Source of the DNA: Candidatus Uhrbacteria bacterium
GTDB taxonomy: Bacteria > Patescibacteriota > Patescibacteriia > UBA9934 > GWF2-40-263
Direction: 5' to 3'
Length of the DNA: 64,000 bases
Assembly (NCBI GenBank): GCA_016844925.1
Contig: JAERTI010000038.1
Location: 2,936 to 66,935 of the forward strand
The notes under the pieces are model-generated. The model ran no database searches. It worked only from the letters and a program-made list of their open reading frames with translations, and was not told the origin of the DNA. The translations under genes and the position numbers were made by a program. Positions 1 through 8,357 of this stretch are shown here, one piece after another (within the stretch, counting starts at the first letter, position 1; each line of letters starts with the position of its first letter).

Positions 1-264
1 TTTGTGCATGCCCTGGCTACACACGATGGCCACCATGAAGTGGTTCGTGTCCTGGATGTCGGGGTCGAAGAACTCCTCGCCGTCGCAGATTTCGTCGGTG
101 CGTCCGTCGCTGTGGTCGCACCAGTAGATCCGGGGCTTGGCGTCTTGGAAGACCTCATCGAGGGCGTCATCGATGCGCTCGATGTACTCGGTCAGTCCAC
201 AGCGCTCTTCTTCTGGATCGCGGAGTTCTGCGGTCACAAACGCGATCTTGATCGTGCTCATGTC
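1..264 (-). CDS. hypothetical protein, high GC; start codon at 264, 3' end lies beyond the window start
   Basis: Reverse complement of 253-264 is ATGAGCACGATC, and the frame stays open to position 1. Third codon positions are strongly G/C, as expected for coding sequence in high-GC DNA. No recognisable domain. Confidence 0.45.
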
Positions 265-349
265 TGCTCTTTAGCCAGCCTTGCTGACATGCGCTCACTG
301 GTTATAGCCAGCTACTGTCCCTTGTTGGGGATACACGCGGTGTTGATAG

Positions 350-394
350 TAACCCTCACAGCCCACGAGGACCTCGTGAACTCTGAGGGTCAGG
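350..394. repeat. 45-nt imperfect palindrome, AACCCTC...GAGGGTT family, copy A (taaccctcacagcccacgagg a cctcgtg aa ctctgagggtcagg)
   Basis: Nested inverted repeat: ccctcacag/ctctgaggg and cacgagg/cctcgtg. 42 of 45 nt match copy B at 860-904. Confidence 0.8.
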
Positions 395-426
395 TCCGGC
401 GCAAGCGCTGGCCGGACCCAGGGGAG

Positions 427-774
427 CTAGGAGCTGACAACCCTGAGGTTGGGCTCGCCAGAATGGTCACTCATGGGGATGCCGCCGTCTCCGTCGGGAT
501 CCGTGATGGTGATCGTCTCCTTCTTGCTGTGGTAGAACTCGCCATCGAAGGGGAGGGCGTAGGCCTTGATCAGCTCCTTGTGGTCGGGGTTGTTCCCCGA
601 CAGGCGCGTGAACGCAGCCGTGAGGCCGGTCACGATCAGCCCGATGCTCAGGAATTCTCCCAGCAGGCTGTTGACCTGCGTCAGGAGGATCGCTCCGATG
701 ATGGCCATGAGGATCATGGTGGGCTTGATCAAGACGTTGATCTCGACTTCGCTCTCGGTGGTCGTCTCGGTCAT
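427..774 (-). CDS. small membrane protein (about 115 aa, acidic N-terminus plus two hydrophobic helices), hypothetical
   Basis: ORF-track frame 427..792. The ATG at 772-774 (reverse strand) has GGAG 5 nt upstream. Hydrophobic segments PTMILMAIIGAILLTQV and LSIGLIVTGLTAAF. Flanked by repeat copies A and B. Confidence 0.6.
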   Translation of the reverse strand: MTETTTESEVEINVLIKPTMILMAIIGAILLTQVNSLLGEFLSIGLIVTGLTAAFTRLSGNNPDHKELIKAYALPFDGEFYHSKKETITITDPDGDGGIPMSDHSGEPNLRVVSS

Positions 775-859
775 GTTCTCTCCGCCTCTCATTCAGGTAC
801 CGTCCTGAATTACTTGAACTCCCTTGCGGGCGCGAGGAGGATTGGTTGCGGGTTGGTGT

Positions 860-904
860 TAACCCTCACAGCCCACGAGGGACTCGTGGACTCTGAGGGT
901 CAGG
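860..904. repeat. 45-nt imperfect palindrome, AACCCTC...GAGGGTT family, copy B
   Basis: taaccctcacagcccacgagggactcgtggactctgagggtcagg. Direct-repeat partner of 350-394, 510 bp away. Confidence 0.8.
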
Positions 905-982
905 CTGCGCACGTCGTTTACGTTTGCAGCCAGCGTTCGCCAGGGAGGACCCTGGGTACTTGAGGTCTGTCTAGGTGCAGCG

Positions 983-1303
983 TCAACGATGAATCTTGCC
1001 GAGTTCCATGAACGCGAGGTCCATCTCTCCCGGATATTCCGGCCTGGTGACGACGATGCAGACGATCAGGAAGGCAGGGTCCCACGTATATCCGATGGCG
1101 CGGTCGTTCATCGGGTCGATGTTCCAGGAGCAGATATCGATGTCGTTCATCTTGACGGTGAACTGCTTGTTGTCCATCCAGCTGATCTCGAAGGTCTTCC
1201 CGTCGAGAGTCTTCGTCGTCTGCTGGCCCAGCTCGATGCTGAACTCTTCTTCCTCGAAGGAGTCGATGTGTCCATCGATCCGGATGGCGAGCTTGCTGGT
1301 CAT
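983..1303 (-). CDS. hypothetical protein (106 aa), high GC
   Basis: Complete ORF with strong GC3 bias. No recognisable motif. Confidence 0.55.
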   Translation of the reverse strand: MTSKLAIRIDGHIDSFEEEEFSIELGQQTTKTLDGKTFEISWMDNKQFTVKMNDIDICSWNIDPMNDRAIGYTWDPAFLIVCIVVTRPEYPGEMDLAFMELGKIHR

Positions 1304-1380
1304 GGTCGTTCTCTGGTGCCGAGTCTTCCTCGGCGTGCTCTCGCTGTCTTTACGCAGCGACGTCCCAGTGGGACACGAGC

Positions 1381-1417
1381 GGTTGGTGGTAGGTGCTAAC
1401 CCTCACGACCCGTCAGG
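1381..1417. repeat. partial or degenerate copy C of the AACCCTC palindrome family (ggttggtggtaggtgctaaccctcacgacccgtcagg)
   Basis: Shares the ggttggtg..taaccctcac 5' part and the gtcagg 3' end with copies A and B; the central part appears deleted. Confidence 0.5.
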
Positions 1418-1765
1418 CCACCTGTAATGTGTAACGACTGAGATTCTCCGAGGAGAGAGTCATTGAGTCGCCAAGTGTCGGTGTGCTCTGACGGGACATG
1501 AGGGTTGCCCGACGTGTGTCAGGCCGGTTGAAGACAAAGCCAGCGGGGGAGAACGCTGGCCGTGGCCCCAGAATAGATTGTCGAACTGTTTCGACCATCA
1601 CAGGGCAGAAGTGACTTCTGCACTCTGATGGTTACCCGTCGCAGCTTCAGAAGCTTTGACGGGCGGCCGGGCCGACACAGGTTCGGGAAGCATTCCCTAG
1701 CTGTGCCGGTCCGGCCCGTGTACCCCTACACCCATCCCACGGTCCCCAACCGCGGCGTCAGCTGT

Positions 1766-2527
1766 CTAGCTGGCGGCGGCCTCGGGGGCCTGCTCGTCCG
1801 CGTCGGTGGCCACGATGGGCTCCTCGGCGTCCGGGACGGGGGTGGCGGCGGCGTCGGCCTGCGCCTGCGCCTCCTTCTTGGCGGCGCGGTCGGCCTTGTC
1901 CTCGCCCATGGCGGCCTCGAACTGCTCCAGGAACTTCGCGCGGGGCTCGGCCGGGATGGTGTTCTCGGCGAGCCAGCGGAAGAGGCGCAGGTTGCGCCGG
2001 ACCAGCCGGGGCAGGTCCTTCTGGTGCAGCTCGCCCTTGCGGGGGGCGTTGAAGCCCGGGACCATCCAGCTGAGCAGGACCTCGGTCGCCTTGGGGCCCA
2101 GGCGCATGGGGCGGCCGGGGTTGCGGCCGCGCAGGAGCAGGGTGTCGGCGTCCTCCTTGCTGACGTCCTCGGCCCGGGCGTTCTGGCGGTCCTCGCGGTT
2201 GGCGTCCTTGAGCTCCTTGCAGAAGCCCTTGAACTGCTGGTCGCGCACCTTGGGGTTGCGGATGCGCTGGGCCAGCTCGACCTTCTTGGTCATCACGCCC
2301 ACCTCCATCATGCCGATGGCGGTGTGGACGCTGCCGGTCGCGAAGGTGAACAGCTCGCCGTACTGCTCGTCGTTGAGGCCGAACCAGTCCGCGTAGGTCG
2401 AGACGGCGATGCCGAGCTCGTTCTGCGTGGGCGGGAGCGGCCGACGGGTCTGCTGCGGGCGCTTGCCCTTGGGGTTCTTGGGGACGCTGCGGCGGGTCGG
2501 GACGGCGATGCGGTTGTCGGTGGTCAT
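1766..2527 (-). CDS. hypothetical protein (253 aa), basic N-terminus, Ala/Glu/Pro-rich C-terminus
   Basis: Complete ORF with AAGGAG 7 nt upstream of the ATG at 2527 (reverse strand). The long antisense ORFs on the + strand were rejected. Confidence 0.6.
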   Translation of the reverse strand: MTTDNRIAVPTRRSVPKNPKGKRPQQTRRPLPPTQNELGIAVSTYADWFGLNDEQYGELFTFATGSVHTAIGMMEVGVMTKKVELAQRIRNPKVRDQQFKGFCKELKDANREDRQNARAEDVSKEDADTLLLRGRNPGRPMRLGPKATEVLLSWMVPGFNAPRKGELHQKDLPRLVRRNLRLFRWLAENTIPAEPRAKFLEQFEAAMGEDKADRAAKKEAQAQADAAATPVPDAEEPIVATDADEQAPEAAAS

Positions 2528-2769
2528 GGTCAGTCTCCTTCAAGACGTCTTTCTAGATGTTCGTCACACGGACTGGGCTGCGGATGCAGCTCAGGACCTT
2601 CCGTGTCATCTAGATACCTGCGGCTGGCAGGTGAGTGGTGTAGAACATGGGATGAGTCAACTCGCCGACGATAGGCGAGTGTAGGTAGAAGATGTATCCC
2701 TCACGAAGGATCAGCGTGTGATCTTCCGTGAGGGATCCTCGACGCGAGCGGTGCGTCGAGGGCTCCTGA

Positions 2770-2904
2770 TCAGTTGCCGAGGGCGCCGCCGATGACGTCG
2801 ATCGCAGGCATGGCCTGCAGGATCGACGTTCCACCGATGCTGCCCATGAGCAGCGCGGGGCCGCACAGGGCGATGATCAGAAGCAGCTTGAGCCTTTTGC
2901 TCAT
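2770..2904 (-). CDS. small hydrophobic peptide (44 aa: MSKRLKLLLIIALCGPALLMGSIGGTSILQAMPAIDVIGGALGN)
   Basis: Not in the ORF track (<60 aa). Reverse-strand ATG at 2902-2904 with GGAGG 5 nt upstream. Good GC3 bias. Signal-peptide-like N-terminus and a Gly-rich tail. Confidence 0.45.
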   Translation of the reverse strand: MSKRLKLLLIIALCGPALLMGSIGGTSILQAMPAIDVIGGALGN

Positions 2905-3132
2905 GGGTGCCTCCTGGTTGATTCCCTAGAAGGTCACAAGTAGAACTTATGAACTTGTAGGGATGGACGACGCAGTTCTCGCGTTGAGTGTGAACTACGT
3001 CGCCCCGTCCTGGTGCCTTCTCGGCATGGAGGCTCTGCTTCCTCTAGGCTCACCAGTACGTAGGTGACAACGTGCACGTTTTATGAAGCTAGACTTGCTT
3101 CAACCCACTGTCATGGGATCTGGTTGTTGGTC

Positions 3133-4551
3133 CTACCGCAGGGGCAGGCCCAGGCTCCGACGCAGGTCGTTGGCCGTCTCCATCTTGGGGGCCTCCTCCT
3201 GCCGGCGCATCTCCCGCTGCTTCCACGCCAGGTGGTTCTTCTGGCGCTGCTGACCCTGGTGGACCAGGCGGCCGATCTGGCGGAGCGGCACCGTGTGCAG
3301 CAGGTTCTTGGCCTCGGCCTCCCACACGGGGATGGCCTTGTCCTTGAGCTCCTGCACGGTGGTGCGGTGGGTGCCGGCGGCGTCGTGGAGGCTCGTCCAC
3401 TCCAGCTCCGTCTTCTGCCGCTTGCTGTACAGCTCGCGGAAGGTCCGGGCGTCGGCGGCGCTGAGCTGCACCACGAAGCGGGTCGACCGGTGGCCGTCGC
3501 GGATGATGGGGTTGGTGCCGCCGAGGCTGGTCTCCCAGCGCTCGAGCTGCTCCATCATCCGGTCGCGGGTCTCCGTGAAGGAGAAGGACCGCATCCGCTT
3601 GTTGTGGTGACCCTTGATCCGGACGACCTTGTGCAGGTGCCAGACCTCCACGTGCTTGCTGTCCAGGGCCCGCTTGATGTCGGCGAACCCGGGGACGCGA
3701 GCGGAGGTCTCGAGGACCCGCTGACCGCAGCCGCAGCTGCAGATCAGCGCCAGGCCGTGCGGGGTCTCCACGCGGCCGAGCCAGTCGGCGCCGGCGGGGC
3801 GGGTGGCCGTGACAGCGGCCGGGTTGTTGGCGCGATCCGCGCGCCGGCGGCGGGGCGGGATGCCCTTGGTCGGCTTGCGGGCGGCCTCGACCTTGGCCTG
3901 GAGCTCGCCCGCCTCGTCGAAGAGGCGGTCGAAGCCGTAGTCGGCGGGGTTCTCACCCAGCTCGATGACGGCGTCCACGGCGGTCTTGATGACCCCGATG
4001 ACCTCCGGCCCGGACTCGGCGACCTTGGAGGCGCTCAGGCCGTGCACCTTCACCAGCTCGTGGCTGGCGAACGCGAGCACGAGCTCGTGCGCCTCGACGA
4101 CGGACTCGACGGCCTGGGGCGAGCGGCAGGTCTGGCCGTTGACGACGACGTGGAAGTCGCTCGCCTCGTGCCAGCTGTCGTCGTACTCGGGCTCCTCGAA
4201 GTCGGTCTCCAGCTCCACGGGGGCGCTGTCGAACTCGAGCTCGCTGTCCTCGTCGTCGAAGTCGACCCAGTCCTGGTCGTCCTCGTCGCCGGAGTCCATC
4301 TCGCCCTCGCTCGACCAGTCCCGCGCCATCATGGAGGTGATGAAGTCCTCGGTGATGGTCTCGGCGGTGGCGAAGTTCGAGCCGTAGTGGCTCAGCCGCG
4401 CCCGCTCCTGGGCCATGTCGTCCGAGCTCACCAGGCCGAGGTTCTCCAGCGCCATGTCGTCCCAGTCCGGCGAGTTGGCGTCTCCGATGATGGGGAGGCC
4501 GTACTCGTCGAGGTGGAGCTCGCGGGCGCTCTCGGTGCTCAGGTTCAGCAT
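3133..4551 (-). CDS. hypothetical protein (472 aa) with a very acidic N-terminal half and a CSCGCG cysteine cluster
   Basis: Complete ORF. GAGAGGA precedes the ATG at 4551 (reverse strand). DE-rich segment DSGDEDDQDWVDFDDEDSELEFD, then ICSCGCGQRV, then a basic C-terminus. Confidence 0.6.
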   Translation of the reverse strand: MLNLSTESARELHLDEYGLPIIGDANSPDWDDMALENLGLVSSDDMAQERARLSHYGSNFATAETITEDFITSMMARDWSSEGEMDSGDEDDQDWVDFDDEDSELEFDSAPVELETDFEEPEYDDSWHEASDFHVVVNGQTCRSPQAVESVVEAHELVLAFASHELVKVHGLSASKVAESGPEVIGVIKTAVDAVIELGENPADYGFDRLFDEAGELQAKVEAARKPTKGIPPRRRRADRANNPAAVTATRPAGADWLGRVETPHGLALICSCGCGQRVLETSARVPGFADIKRALDSKHVEVWHLHKVVRIKGHHNKRMRSFSFTETRDRMMEQLERWETSLGGTNPIIRDGHRSTRFVVQLSAADARTFRELYSKRQKTELEWTSLHDAAGTHRTTVQELKDKAIPVWEAEAKNLLHTVPLRQIGRLVHQGQQRQKNHLAWKQREMRRQEEAPKMETANDLRRSLGLPLR

Positions 4552-4859
4552 GTGTCAGTCCTCTCGACGTCTCGCGACGTCAGTGCAGTGCGCCCACCCG
4601 CTGGTGAGCAGGGGGTGGGGAAGGTTTCCGCTTGCTCTCGCTTGCGGAAGTCAGGGGGGTAGGGGTTGTGATGTGCTCGTTTCTCGGAAGACGTTGCACA
4701 GTCGCTTGAGAGGTGACTCTCAGTCGGCTGTGCAGCATCTTCGTCCTGCAGAGGGACTCAAGCATGGATGAGTCTCTCTGGTGGACGGACGAGAGCAGCG
4801 GCGTAGCGGCTCTCGTCAAGTTGTGCCCTCGAGGTGTCCATGCTCGAGAGTCCCGTCGC

Positions 4860-5033
4860 CTACCCCAGGAAGGGGATGGCGAGGGCGAGCACGGGGACGC
4901 CGGCGACGATCGCGAGTCCGCCGACGTCGACGCGGAAGGCGGCGGCGCGGGCGATGGTCTCGGTGTCGTCGGTGCTGTAGTTGGGGTTGACGACGCAGCG
5001 GGCGAAGGCGAGGGCGGTGCGGATGGCGTTCAT
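4860..5033 (-). CDS. small hydrophobic protein (57 aa: MNAIRTALAFARCVVNPNYSTDDTETIARAAAFRVDVGGLAIVAGVPVLALAIPFLG)
   Basis: Not in the ORF track (<60 aa). ATG at 5031-5033 (reverse strand) preceded by AGGAG. GC3 bias. Hydrophobic C-terminus. Last gene of the left high-GC block. Confidence 0.45.
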   Translation of the reverse strand: MNAIRTALAFARCVVNPNYSTDDTETIARAAAFRVDVGGLAIVAGVPVLALAIPFLG

Positions 5034-5768
5034 GTCGATCTCCTGGGTGTGGTCTGTCGCGGGTGCGACTCTGGTCGGAGGGTTCAGTTCCGATGCAGGA
5101 ATTCGGAGAAGATGATCTCAGTGACCGGCTAGAGCCAGGTGTGGGATCCAGGTCATCTAGATATGGGTCAAGTAAGCCGGGGCCTAGTTGATCCATTTGA
5201 TGATCTGTACTCTCTCCTCCGTATTTCTGCACCGGAGCATCTCGACAACTTGCTGGAGGTAGGGGTGAGGCAGTGATCTAGCCAAGGCTCGATATGCTTC
5301 GTGATCGCAGGTTGTGTGGATTGAGTCAGTTAGACCGAGTCAATCCGCTTAGCGATCCACGCCAGGCTTCCCTTGTTAGGGTCGAACTGGACGTGTGACT
5401 CTCTCCTCCAACAAGTTGGCGGGATAAAAGAAAACCGGTTGCTATGCGCATCTTCTGTGGAGATACGTACAACAACCGGCTCTAGATCACTTAAGATCTA
5501 GTCCTTCTGCTCGAGCTAGGCTCGATGTACTCTCTCCCCAGAGAATATTTAGTTGTAGTGTTCGAGAAGCTCTCTCTTTCTTCTCAACCTTGTGCATGCA
5601 TACTATCACTTTTTGTCAGATATGTCAAGACTAGATAGGGGCTATGTATCAATATCTTGACTAAATTTAGTAAAATAGAGCTGTCTAGATTCTGTTAACA
5701 TAGGTGAACATTGTGCGGTACTTTTAATCACAGGTGCGATATCGGGAGTCTGATATAATAAAAGAGCT

Positions 5769-6719
5769 ATGAATGCTTTTTCTTCCGTCATGGGCCACGA
5801 CAGGGCCATTACTTTGCTTTCAAAGATGCTCGAGCACGGCACAATCCCACACGCTTTTCTTTTTGTGGGCGCTCGGGGTCTTGGGAGGACTACGGTAGCC
5901 AAGGCATTAATAGGAGAGCTACTAGGACAACAGGTCTCAATGGATCTCCATCCAGACGTGCACACCCTCCAGGTGCTTAGCGACGAGAAAACGGGGAAAC
6001 TCAAAAAGAACATCTCCGTGGAGCAGGTGCGCGAGCTTAACGGGCGCATTGCCATGACATCATTGTCAGGCTCTTGGAAGATTGTTTGGATCGAAGAAGC
6101 AGAGAAGCTCTCTATGGGGGCAGCAAACGCCTTGCTCAAGACGCTTGAGGAACCAAAAGGCCAGACACTCTTTATTCTTCGAGCACCAGAAGTTGATCAG
6201 CTCCCGGCAACCGTTGTGTCTCGTTGTCAAACAGTACGATTCTCAACCGTTGCCCGTCAGGATATTGTTGATGGACTTGTGCGACTGGGATTTGCCCCAT
6301 CGGATGCAAGCCGCGCTGCTGCCAGGAGCATGGGGCGTCCAGGGCTCGCTCTGAGGTACTTAAAGGATACGGCGTATCGCTCGCTGAACGAGACTGGGGT
6401 GGCACAGGCACAGGCCTTTCTTTCTGCGGGCTTGCCAGAGCGTCTTGCACAGGTTCTGGAGATGATCCCCAAGGCAGAGGTCAACAAGATGGGGCGGCTA
6501 AGTGAAGTGGTTGATCAGCTGCAGCTCGTTTGCCGAGATCGACTTCTAGATTCCGTTGGTTGCTCTTCACTTTGTGTGACCGAAGAAACGTCAGGTCTAA
6601 AAGGACTCACACAAGCTGATGTGATTGTTGTATTGGATCGACTCGCACAAGTTCGCTCTGCTATTTCACAAAATATCAATCCTCATTTGGCACTAGAGCA
6701 TGTGGCTCTTAGTGCATAA
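5769..6719 (+). CDS. holB: DNA polymerase III delta-prime subunit
   Basis: AAA+ clamp-loader layout: HAFLFVGARGLGRTT Walker A region, then an ATVVSRCQ sensor motif. Extended -10 TGATATAAT at 5744-5752. Confidence 0.8.
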   Translation: MNAFSSVMGHDRAITLLSKMLEHGTIPHAFLFVGARGLGRTTVAKALIGELLGQQVSMDLHPDVHTLQVLSDEKTGKLKKNISVEQVRELNGRIAMTSLSGSWKIVWIEEAEKLSMGAANALLKTLEEPKGQTLFILRAPEVDQLPATVVSRCQTVRFSTVARQDIVDGLVRLGFAPSDASRAAARSMGRPGLALRYLKDTAYRSLNETGVAQAQAFLSAGLPERLAQVLEMIPKAEVNKMGRLSEVVDQLQLVCRDRLLDSVGCSSLCVTEETSGLKGLTQADVIVVLDRLAQVRSAISQNINPHLALEHVALSA

Positions 6720-6729
6720 ACAACATTTT

Positions 6730-7779
6730 ATGAAACGTCTTTCCATCATTGCTCTTTCCTTGGTCCTGCTGGGTGCGGGATGTCTTGGGGGCTCTAGCGG
6801 CAGCACCGGTACGGATGCTGGTGTATTTAAAAGCATTAACGCTGGTGAAGAGTGGGCGCAGCACGTTATTGTGCCAACCGCACAAGGTATCGGCACACTG
6901 GCCACCACCAACATTTTGCACATGGCCATGGATCCGCAAGATAACAATTTTCTTTACATAGCTACTCGTGGCAACGGAATGCTCTACAGTGAAGATGCAG
7001 GTGCATCTTGGCGACAGGTGAGAGATAAGGAGTTGCAGAGCGGTACGATCTCGCATGTGGCCATTGATAGTAAGGATGTTTGTACGGTGTATGTCGCCAC
7101 GGGCTCTCGTCTATTCAGGACAGATGATTGCATGCGCAGCTTTGATTCTGAGACGTATGTCGATAACCGCGGGGAGACGATTACACGCGTTGCTGTGGAT
7201 TGGTATGATAATGACAACGTCTGGATTGGGATGAGTAACGGAGATGTGCTTAAGAGTGAAGATGCCGGAAACACATGGAGAACAGTGCTTAATACAGGTC
7301 AAACGGTAGTGGCATTCTTGATGTCTAACACAGATTCTCGCCAGGTGATGGTTGCAACAGGACGAAAAGGAATCTGGAAGACAACGGATGCCGGAAGTAA
7401 CTGGTCTTCATTAGAAGAGGGACTTGATGAGTATAACGACGGAGATAATGTGTATTCACTTGTGCAGTCCGCCGATTCCGGAGTGGTCATTGCTGCCACA
7501 GAGTACGGACTACTGCGCTCACGAGATTTTGGAGAGAGCTGGGAGGCCGTTGAGCTTGTGACATCGCCAGGGCAGGTGGAGATTCGAGCTGTTGCTGTGA
7601 ACGAAAGAAATCCAGACCTGATCTACTACGCTGCTAACGCCACCTATTACTATTCTCAAGATGGTGGTTCCACATGGCTGACAGAGCGCTTGGCAACGAC
7701 GCGTACACCAACCGTGCTCTTGGTTGACCCAGAGGACTCAGCGGTGTTATATGTCGCCGTAGCTAATCTAGAAGATTAA
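6730..7779 (+). CDS. BNR/Asp-box repeat lipoprotein (Ycf48/sialidase-like beta-propeller)
   Basis: Lipoprotein signal MKRLSIIALSLVLLGAGC. Repeated SxDxGxTW boxes: SEDAGASW, SEDAGNTW, TTDAGSNW, SRDFGESW, SQDGGSTW. Confidence 0.7.
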   Translation: MKRLSIIALSLVLLGAGCLGGSSGSTGTDAGVFKSINAGEEWAQHVIVPTAQGIGTLATTNILHMAMDPQDNNFLYIATRGNGMLYSEDAGASWRQVRDKELQSGTISHVAIDSKDVCTVYVATGSRLFRTDDCMRSFDSETYVDNRGETITRVAVDWYDNDNVWIGMSNGDVLKSEDAGNTWRTVLNTGQTVVAFLMSNTDSRQVMVATGRKGIWKTTDAGSNWSSLEEGLDEYNDGDNVYSLVQSADSGVVIAATEYGLLRSRDFGESWEAVELVTSPGQVEIRAVAVNERNPDLIYYAANATYYYSQDGGSTWLTERLATTRTPTVLLVDPEDSAVLYVAVANLED

Positions 7780-7801
7780 TCGTGAAAAACTCGCCAATAC
7801 T

Positions 7802-8356
7802 ATGCATCCAATCCTTTCACAGAAACGTCCAGACTATCAGTCAGCTGTTGATCATTTGCACAAGGAGTTAGGGGCTCTTCGCACAGGTCGAGCAACACCG
7901 GCGCTCGTTGAGGATATTCCCGTTAGTGCCTATGACTCCATTATGGAGATTAAGGGTCTGGCTTCGATTCAATCGCAGGATGCTAAGACACTCGTCATTG
8001 ACCCGTGGGACAAGGGGCTTACAAGAAACATTGAGAAGGGGATTCGCGATGCAGGCGTTGGCTTGAGTCCTGTTGTTGATGGGGAGGTGATTCGTATTGT
8101 CATGCCACCAATGACCGAGGAGAATCGCGCGCAGATGGTGAAGAAGATGAAGGAGTTTCTTGAGGAGGCAAAGATTCGTATTCGCGGCGTGCGAGAGGAT
8201 GGGCGTGACCAGGTGAACAAGATGGAAAAAGAGAAGGAGATTAGTGAAGATGAGAAGTACAAGCTGTTTGATGAGTTCGATAAGATGACGAAGGAGTTCA
8301 CCAATGAGGTGGATCAGATTGGAAAAACAAAGGAAGAAGAAATAATGACGGTGTAG
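7802..8356 (+). CDS. frr: ribosome recycling factor
   Basis: 184 aa. The overall sequence fits RRF ([20 protein letters not shown]...). Confidence 0.85.
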   Translation: MHPILSQKRPDYQSAVDHLHKELGALRTGRATPALVEDIPVSAYDSIMEIKGLASIQSQDAKTLVIDPWDKGLTRNIEKGIRDAGVGLSPVVDGEVIRIVMPPMTEENRAQMVKKMKEFLEEAKIRIRGVREDGRDQVNKMEKEKEISEDEKYKLFDEFDKMTKEFTNEVDQIGKTKEEEIMTV

Positions 8357-8357
8357 T

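Noticed and set aside
4-963. 319-aa + strand ORF spanning the first kilobase
   Set aside because: It runs antisense to two better-supported minus-strand genes (1-264 and 427-774). It has a low-complexity Val/Ala/Gly/Asp composition and no RBS. Long spurious reverse-frame ORFs are expected in about 68% GC DNA.
1628-2674. 348-aa + strand ORF, Gly/Ala/Leu/Arg-rich
   Set aside because: It is antisense to the 253-aa gene at 1766-2527, which has an AAGGAG RBS and a more protein-like composition. The same reasoning rejects 3064-4662 +, 15821-17581 +, 19611-20282 +, 22143-24773 -, 24496-25362 - and 28991-30532 -.
2610-2834. 74-aa minus-strand ORF from the track
   Set aside because: It has no RBS and overlaps the better-supported 44-aa peptide gene (2770-2904, GGAGG RBS) in another frame.
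5100-5770. Possible CRISPR array or tRNA in the repeat-containing spacer
   Set aside because: The repeats are irregular in length and spacing (about 130-190 nt apart, 12-20 nt long). No tRNA cloverleaf could be folded by hand.
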